Under the pieces are notes generated by a model. That model was not told the DNA's origin, ran no database searches, and saw only the letters and a list, made by a program, of their open reading frames with translations. A stretch of DNA of 64,000 nucleotides from an uncultured virus (IMG/VR IMGVR_UViG_3300007734_000752) (lineage: Duplodnaviria; Heunggongvirae; Uroviricota; Caudoviricetes): IMG/VR virus record IMGVR_UViG_3300007734_000752; one strand, written 5' to 3'. Positions 57,644 through 64,000 of the stretch are shown piece by piece. Both the position numbers and the translations under genes were made by a program. The first letter of the stretch is position 1; every line of letters starts with the position of its first letter.

Positions 57644-58912
57644 ATGCCAATGTTAATGACAGAGATTGAGCAAGGACAAAAAGCTGCCCTCAATCTAGAT
57701 CTAAATCCCTATCGTGCTCAAGCAGAGTTAGAGCGCATACCTCTTGAAACACAGAAATTACAACAAACTCTTGAGACTGGAAAGACTACTCAAGCAACTG
57801 CTGCTTTACAGTTAAGAGCACTCTTAAGTGAAGAGCAAAGTAACACTCAGTTTAAGACTGCTGTAGAGCAAATGGTTAAGTCTGGCGGGCTTGATAGTAC
57901 ACGACCCATTTCTGAGCAAGCCTTAAAACTATCTCAGATTGCTTACGGGCAAGGTAACTTTGATTTGGGCAGGAAATTTAGTGCTGATGGTGAAAGAGCA
58001 ACTCAGCATGAAGCACAAGCTGAAGTTAATACTTATAAGATAGGACAAAGAAAGTTAGAAACTTTGGGCACTCTTTTAAAAACTCTAGCTCCTGATGGTA
58101 GTGATTTAGATTCTGCTATAAATAGTGGAATTAAATTAAAGTTGCTGCCCCCGGAACAACTTGAAAGTTTTAGAGAACAAGGTAAACAAGCTATTGCTAT
58201 TAGCCCAGCAGCCTATACTGCTTGGCAAGCTGGTCTAACTAAAAAATTAAGAACACACGAACAAGAAAAAATAGCTGTTGAAGAAGCAAAATTAGCTGCA
58301 AAAATCATTGAAGATGAAAAAAAAGATAAGTTAAATACCCGTAGATTTGAAGCTCTACTTAGTCAACGAGGTGCTGCTCGAACTAGCGGAGATGATAGAG
58401 CAGCAGTACGCTTAGATACAAACATGTTAGCAAGTGCTCGTAGGCAACTAGAATACATTACTGACGACATTAGGGACGTAGATCGTGAGCTAGCAAAACT
58501 TCCCCCTAAACCTACTACAACTGAATGGCTTAGTAGCAAAGTAGTAGCCGACCCCAATGCTGAGGCTAGAAAAGAGCTGCTTGACAGAAAAACTATACTT
58601 AAAGAGCGACAAGAAAAATACGCAAAAGAAGAAGCAGAAGCTCTTAAGAACTTACGTAAAGATGGTGGTAAAGACAAAACTTCAGAACCAAAAACAAACG
58701 ATGCGCCTCCTGCTTCCTTTACGCCAGAAGGCAGAAATACTTTTGATACTCGTCCCGCTTCTCCTAATGTAGCAGCACCTACTGCTCCTGCTACTTCTGG
58801 GTTAATACGTCCTGCCGATGTGCCTAGAGATTGGGTAGTACGACAAGACGGTAAGGGAAACAGAGCTTGGGTAAGTCCTGATGGCAAACAATTTAAAGAG
58901 ATAACAAGATAA
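57644..58912 (+). CDS. Internal virion protein
   Basis: Gln/Lys/Ala helical; AAGGA RBS; position. Confidence 0.65.
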   Translation: MPMLMTEIEQGQKAALNLDLNPYRAQAELERIPLETQKLQQTLETGKTTQATAALQLRALLSEEQSNTQFKTAVEQMVKSGGLDSTRPISEQALKLSQIAYGQGNFDLGRKFSADGERATQHEAQAEVNTYKIGQRKLETLGTLLKTLAPDGSDLDSAINSGIKLKLLPPEQLESFREQGKQAIAISPAAYTAWQAGLTKKLRTHEQEKIAVEEAKLAAKIIEDEKKDKLNTRRFEALLSQRGAARTSGDDRAAVRLDTNMLASARRQLEYITDDIRDVDRELAKLPPKPTTTEWLSSKVVADPNAEARKELLDRKTILKERQEKYAKEEAEALKNLRKDGGKDKTSEPKTNDAPPASFTPEGRNTFDTRPASPNVAAPTAPATSGLIRPADVPRDWVVRQDGKGNRAWVSPDGKQFKEITR

Positions 58913-61900
58913 TGGCCTTTGATCTCTCTACTGCTAGGCCCATTGATGAATCTCGCCCTAGTAGCGCGGGGGGATTTGATCTATCTACTGCTCGTCCTAT
59001 AGACGACCCTACTGTTACTAGTAACACAGACGCAGGAGCTTTATCTGCTTTTGGAAGTGGTGCTGCTACTGGAGTTGTCCCTGGGCTAACTGGTTTAGCT
59101 GGATTTGGTGCTGGGATGAAAGCCTCTGCCCCCTACGCACTGAGGGCTGCTGCTGCGTTTCCTGTACCACATCCACTAGCTAAAGCTGCTGTTGGTGGTG
59201 GAGTAGCTCTTCTTGGTGGGTTTGCTGGTGCAGGAATAGGCGGCGGTGTAGCTTCTATAGCACAAGACATGCTTTACAAGATTGTAGATCCAGAAGGATA
59301 CGCTAAAAACAAGCTTGCTCAAGCACAACATCCTACTGCCTATGGAATAGGTAACATAGTAGGCAGCTCTGTAGGTATGAGTCCTAAAGCTCTACCTGAA
59401 ATAGCGGGCAAAGTCTTTACTAAGCCTGTAGTTCAACGTGGAGTTAGTGCTGGACTAGGTGGTGGAATAAACGTAGCACAACAAGCTATGACTAAAGACC
59501 ACATAGATTGGACAGAAGCCGCTGCTGCTACTGCTGTTGGTGCTGCTCTTCCAGGGTTTAATCCTTTAGGTAGTGCAGCTTTTCGTGCTGGAGAACGGCT
59601 TGTTCCTGGGAGTCGTCAACCTGTTGAGATGGGTATTGGGCCTAGAGACCCTGAGCCTGAAGTAGCTTCACCAGGTATTACTCCTAAGCCACCAGAGCCT
59701 CCTGCCCCCACTAGGACAGAGGCGACTGGTCGTATTGACGCTAATCTACGTGAGGCAGAACTATCTACAGATCCAGGTAAGAGGCTTAAAGAAGCTGCTT
59801 TTAAAGATACTGGTAACAATGACACCATTATTCCCCAAGGAAAAGGTCATGATGATTTTCTTAAAACAGATCCTAGGTTAGAACGAGGCTACTTAACAGA
59901 AGACAATACTTTTGTTACTCCCCAAGAAGCTAAGATTATTGCTGAGAACCAGCACTCTGATTTGCTTACAAAGGGCGTTGATCCTAAAGAAGGATTTCAT
60001 TCTACTGACTTTGGCCCTGAGCGCATGGATGCGCTTAAGCCCAAAGAAGAATCTAAGTCTGTTGCCCAAGAACTAGGAATACGTAACGACAGCAGAAGTA
60101 ATTTCTTTGAAGACGTAGAAAACTACAAACTTAGCCTATTAGACAAAGAGCAAAAGCTGGATAGTGCTGCTGCTTCTATGTCTCAAGAAGATCTTATTGC
60201 TGCCAATAGTGCTCTAGCTGCTGAGAAAACAAAACTAGCTGAAGCTAGCAAAGAAGTTCCAGAACTAATAATTAAAGACAAACAAAAAGCTACTTGGCAA
60301 GAAACTCATGATGTTTTAGCAGGAGCTAAAACTATTGGTGAGGGTATAGATCGTTTGCTAAAAGAAGGAGTTGGCAGCAAGACTGTCCAACTAACGCTTA
60401 GGGTTTTAGGGCAATCAAAGTATATCCGTGATGCAGATCTTTCTATAAGCAGTGAAGCCAAACTTATAGATGGAAGACCTGCTCTTGGTCAATACATCAG
60501 CGGAGGAGCCAGTAAATCTCATGAAACTCGGCTATATGAAGGTGGCGGGCTAGGTACTTTTATTCATGAAGCAGTTCATGCTGGAGCACAACGTCTTCTT
60601 TATAACAAAACATCTGAGGCTGCAAAAGAACTAATTAAAATATTTAAAAAGTTTGAAGATATTGGAGAAGGTGAATACCAAACTGCACTAAAACAACACC
60701 TTATAGATAATCCTAATGCTACGCCTTTTGAATTAAACGAGTTTAGTTATAAAAATAGGCGCTACGGACTAACTGATGTTCATGAATTTGTTTCTGAAGC
60801 ACTAAGTAACCATAACTTTAAACAGTTCTTGTCTGAGTTTAAATCAGACGGTTCTAATGGAGTTGCTAGTAACTTATGGAAAGACCTTAAGAACAGCATC
60901 TATGATGGTCTTGGAGTTCCTAGAAAAGATCGTACTGCATTAGATGATGTGTTAGGACACACAGAGACTCTTTTAAAAGAATCTGAAAACTTTACTAGAA
61001 GTGAGTTAGATGGCAGAAGCTTGCCTTCTAAAGGCTCAGCTCCTTTTGAATCTATTGGTGATACGGGCATAATTAAAGAAGCTTATGCTAAATTAAAAAC
61101 TTGGAGTAAAGACAGAGAACAAAAAATAATAAATAATCACACTAATGATTACGGCACTATTGTTAACGATAAAGAATTAAAATCTGATCTTGATCGACTT
61201 AAAACAGAAAGTCTTTTTGAATACAAAAGAATTAAAAACGAGTTATTAGAAAATAAAAATAGAAAATTATTTTCTGAATTAAAAGAAAACGAAGTAGTTC
61301 ATTACACACCAGAAGAAAACATACCTTCTATATTAGAAGGCGGCTTAGACACAACCAAGCCCCCTAAATTTTCTTTTGGAAACGACTCCAGTGGGAAAAT
61401 GGGGCCAGAAGGAACCTATTACTTTACTAAAGACATAGTACAGTGGGCATTTCACGGTAAAGAACGTACTGGAATGAGTCGTGTAAAAGCAACTTTAGAG
61501 CCTAATTTAAATATACTAACTATAGACTCCATAGATGCTGCAAAAAAAGCTGGACTTGAGAAAGATAGCGTAAGTGACTTTATTAGTGGTGCTAAAAATA
61601 ATGGTTATGATGGTGTAAGGTTTAAGTATTCTGAAGAAGGTTGGAAATCTGATTATGAGTATAGCCAGTGGACTGGTGGCAGTGGTAAAGATGATTTTTT
61701 AATATTTAATAAAGACTCTTTTGTTTCTAATGAAAAAGGTAATCCTAAATTAACACTAGCTTCTAGAAGTACTGACGCACCCGGTGCACCTACTTCTGCT
61801 GTAGGCCCCAAACGCTATGATCCGCGCAATGTAGTTGACGAAGCAGACCTTAAAATTAAAGGTAAAGAACTCTATGCTGCTGAAGGTGCTGATGCTGCTC

Positions 61901-64000
61901 GTAAATTCTTTACTGACTATGAAACCTATAGAGATACTTGGCTTAATCCTGTTAAAGAGGTTGAGGATTTTGTAGAGATCAACATTAATAACAAGATGGC
62001 TGATGAGAGGATTGTTATTAATAACAGTAACGACCTCAAGGCTTTAGTACCTGATGCTGTTGCTAGGGAACAAGTTTCTATAGCTATTGATGCTAAGAAT
62101 ACAAAGTCTCTTACAGGTGCTGCTAAAGAAGCAGCGGATAAATATACTGGCTGGATGAAAGACATTGGAGAACGCGCTTTAAAAGAAGGGGTTGTTAAAG
62201 GACTTCTTGAGAACTACGTTACTCACATTGTTAACTGGAAAGACTTGCCCAAAGGAGCTTTGGATACATTTCTTGCTGATGTATTTGGTAAGAAGTTTGA
62301 AGGTGAACCAAGCGGCATGACGCCAGAAAGCAGGTTTGGTAAAGAACGTACTGTAGAAACCTTTCATCAATTAGATCTGGCCCTAAAATACATAAATGAA
62401 CGTATAGAAGCGGCGGGTAAGTCTGACTTTAGGTTAGAAGTTAAGACTAAAGATATTGCAGAAATTTATAAACAATACGCATCTTCAATGGAGAAAGCCA
62501 TTGAGAACAAGAAGCTTGTTGATAGTGTTCGTCAAATTAGAAATGTAAAGGGAGAGTCTTTAGTACGTAGAATTACTGAAGAAGACCCCCTGCCTCGTGG
62601 TTGGACAACAATTGATGATCGACAGTTTGCTGGCTTTGCAGTACACCCTGACCTTGCTCCTGCCCTTAAGTTTGCTTTTGAAGCTAAAGGCGGGATGATC
62701 TTAAATGCTCTCTACAATGTTTCTCAAATAACTAAACGTTTAAATGTTATAGCTTCTTTGTTCCACGCAAAAAGTCTTATGGAAGTGCTTAACAGCACCC
62801 ATACTCCTATAGTTACGCCAATAAAAGAGATTGCTCTTGGTATAACTGACAAGTCACTAGGAACAGAATTATCTGGAATTAGAAAAGCAGTCAATGAGTT
62901 TAAAGAAGGTGGGTTAGGCAGTAGTGTAGACAAATGGCAACGTGGTGGGCTGGTTCTTGAAACACCTGGCGATGTTTCTAAGGGAGTGATTGCTAATGCA
63001 GGTAAGTTTGCTGACAGTATGATCTCTAAGTTTGGCCCTAAAACACACATACTAGAATCAGCACTTACTGCTACTGAGAAATACACCTTAGGCGTTTTTG
63101 ATAAAGTTACTTGGGACTACCTGCACACTGGCGGCAAGCTAATGACTGCTGAAGCCTACCTAACTAAGGCTAGAGAACAAGCAACTAAAGATGGTGTTCC
63201 TTTTGATGAAGCTGCTTCTCGTAAAGAAATAACAAGTTTCATTAATAAATCTTTTGGTGGATTAAACTGGTTTCAAGAAGCCCGTAGTGCTGAAACAGAG
63301 TTTGGCAAACGTATGGCTATGGCTGCGTATTCTCCAGAAGGACGTAAAGCTTTACAGATAATGTTGTTTGCTCCTGACTGGACTATCTCAACAATCAAAG
63401 CCTTTACCTCAGCTCTTCCTAAGGGGTTTAATCCCACTAAATGGCACCCCATAGAGGGAGTCAAGGGGATGGGTACACCTAGTACCCAAGCTGATTACGC
63501 TAGGTTGTATCAGTTTAAAACTGCTTTGACTTATTTGACTTTGATTAATGGCATCAATCTAATTACAGCAAACCGTCCTATTTGGGAGAACAAAGATCCA
63601 ACTCGTATTGAATGGCCTGATGGAACTAGTATGCAAGCCATGAAGCACGCTATGGAACCCTATCATTGGTTAGCTGACCCAACTAAAACCTTAAGCAATA
63701 AGCTGGGATTTGTGCCCAAATCTGCTGTTATTGGGCTAACAGGTAGTGAGTATGCAAGCCCAAGTGCTCCCAAATTAGTTGATCCTTCTCTAACTAACCG
63801 CGCTATTGCTATTGGTAAGCAAGCTTTGCCTTTCCAAATCTCTGCTGCTATGTCTGCACCAGAGGGGGAGGGAACTAAGAGAGCGTTACTAGGAACAATT
63901 GGGTTGCCTGTCTATGGGAAAACCGTAGAACAGCGTAAGATAGCTCGTAAAGAACGTTATGAAGCAGTACGTGAACAACGTGAAAAATACAGAGAACGTG
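58912..64000 (+). CDS. Large internal virion (ejection) polyvalent protein, 3'-truncated, more than 1,690 aa; absent from ORF track
   Basis: ATG at 58912 overlaps the previous stop; FDLSTARPID repeat; no stop in the stretches read by hand, open at the window end; HEAVH at 60565; ART-like domain 61294-61720. Confidence 0.85.
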   Translation, partial: MAFDLSTARPIDESRPSSAGGFDLSTARPIDDPTVTSNTDAGALSAFGSGAATGVVPGLTGLAGFGAGMKASAPYALRAAAAFPVPHPLAKAAVGGGVALLGGFAGAGIGGGVASIAQDMLYKIVDPEGYAKNKLAQAQHPTAYGIGNIVGSSVGMSPKALPEIAGKVFTKPVVQRGVSAGLGGGINVAQQAMTKDHIDWTEAAAATAVGAALPGFNPLGSAAFRAGERLVPGSRQPVEMGIGPRDPEPEVASPGITPKPPEPPAPTRTEATGRIDANLREAELSTDPGKRLKEAAFKDTGNNDTIIPQGKGHDDFLKTDPRLERGYLTEDNTFVTPQEAKIIAENQHSDLLTKGVDPKEGFHSTDFGPERMDALKPKEESKSVAQELGIRNDSRSNFFEDVENYKLSLLDKEQKLDSAAASMSQEDLIAANSALAAEKTKLAEASKEVPELIIKDKQKATWQETHDVLAGAKTIGEGIDRLLKEGVGSKTVQLTLRVLGQSKYIRDADLSISSEAKLIDGRPALGQYISGGASKSHETRLYEGGGLGTFIHEAVHAGAQRLLYNKTSEAAKELIKIFKKFEDIGEGEYQTALKQHLIDNPNATPFELNEFSYKNRRYGLTDVHEFVSEALSNHNFKQFLSEFKSDGSNGVASNLWKDLKNSIYDGLGVPRKDRTALDDVLGHTETLLKESENFTRSELDGRSLPSKGSAPFESIGDTGIIKEAYAKLKTWSKDREQKIINNHTNDYGTIVNDKELKSDLDRLKTESLFEYKRIKNELLENKNRKLFSELKENEVVHYTPEENIPSILEGGLDTTKPPKFSFGNDSSGKMGPEGTYYFTKDIVQWAFHGKERTGMSRVKATLEPNLNILTIDSIDAAKKAGLEKDSVSDFISGAKNNGYDGVRFKYSEEGWKSDYEYSQWTGGSGKDDFLIFNKDSFVSNEKGNPKLTLASRSTDAPGAPTSAVGPKRYDPRNVVDEADLKIKGKELYAAEGADAARKFFTDYETYRDTWLNPVKEVEDFVEININNKMADERIVINNSNDLKALVPDAVAREQVSIAIDAKNTKSLTGAAKEAADKYTGWMKDIGERALKEGVVKGLLENYVTHIVNWKDLPKGALDTFLADVFGKKFEGEPSGMTPESRFGKERTVETFHQLDLALKYINERIEAAGKSDFRLEVKTKDIAEIYKQYASSMEKAIENKKLVDSVRQIRNVKGESLVRRITEEDPLPRGWTTIDDRQFAGFAVHPDLAPALKFAFEAKGGMILNALYNVSQITKRLNVIASLFHAKSLMEVLNSTHTPIVTPIKEIALGITDKSLGTELSGIRKAVNEFKEGGLGSSVDKWQRGGLVLETPGDVSKGVIANAGKFADSMISKFGPKTHILESALTATEKYTLGVFDKVTWDYLHTGGKLMTAEAYLTKAREQATKDGVPFDEAASRKEITSFINKSFGGLNWFQEARSAETEFGKRMAMAAYSPEGRKALQIMLFAPDWTISTIKAFTSALPKGFNPTKWHPIEGVKGMGTPSTQADYARLYQFKTALTYLTLINGINLITANRPIWENKDPTRIEWPDGTSMQAMKHAMEPYHWLADPTKTLSNKLGFVPKSAVIGLTGSEYASPSAPKLVDPSLTNRAIAIGKQALPFQISAAMSAPEGEGTKRALLGTIGLPVYGKTVEQRKIARKERYEAVREQREKYRER

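Larger units (their letters stand above)
23711..64000. mobile_element. Phage genome segment B (podovirus with divergent replication and morphogenesis arms)
   Basis: Second independent set of PolA, primase, helicase, terminase, portal and capsid. Visibly lower GC. Confidence 0.9.

Noticed and set aside
1..64000. tRNA, rRNA, integrase, transposase or defence-system genes
   Set aside because: None recognised by eye. A tRNAscan or HMM run would be needed to exclude them formally.

Overview
The window looks like two different tailed-phage (podovirus-type) genomes joined end to end. Segment A (1 to about 23,710, GC-rich) carries an APSE-type family A DNA polymerase, a primase-helicase and a leftward early operon. 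It continues with a non-coding control region, terS, a broken HNH gene, terL, and a P22-like portal, scaffold, coat, gp4 and gp10 module with two tail fibre/spike genes, and it ends in the middle of a gene. Segment B (about 23,711 to 64,000, AT-richer) carries a leftward replication and early arm (endonuclease I, exonuclease, PolA, helicase, primase, CobS/CobT-like AAA+/vWA pair). After about 1.3 kb of non-coding DNA it has a rightward morphogenesis arm: terS, small basic proteins, terL, portal, GroES, capsid, lysis cassette and ejection proteins, including an unlisted ORF of more than 1,690 aa with metallopeptidase-like and ADP-ribosyltransferase-like domains. The most notable signals are non-coding. 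(1) Phage A has a 12-copy array, mostly phased at 22 bp, that closely resembles the binding site of the host nucleoid-occlusion factor SlmA; this suggests a DNA-only way to block host cell division. (2) A 14-bp palindrome (TGTTACTAGTAACA and variants) is dispersed about 18 times across phage B, including inside genes. (3) Phage B has a roughly 345-nt highly structured element next to tandem DnaA boxes and IHF-like sites. All family assignments come from motif recognition by eye; no database searches were run.
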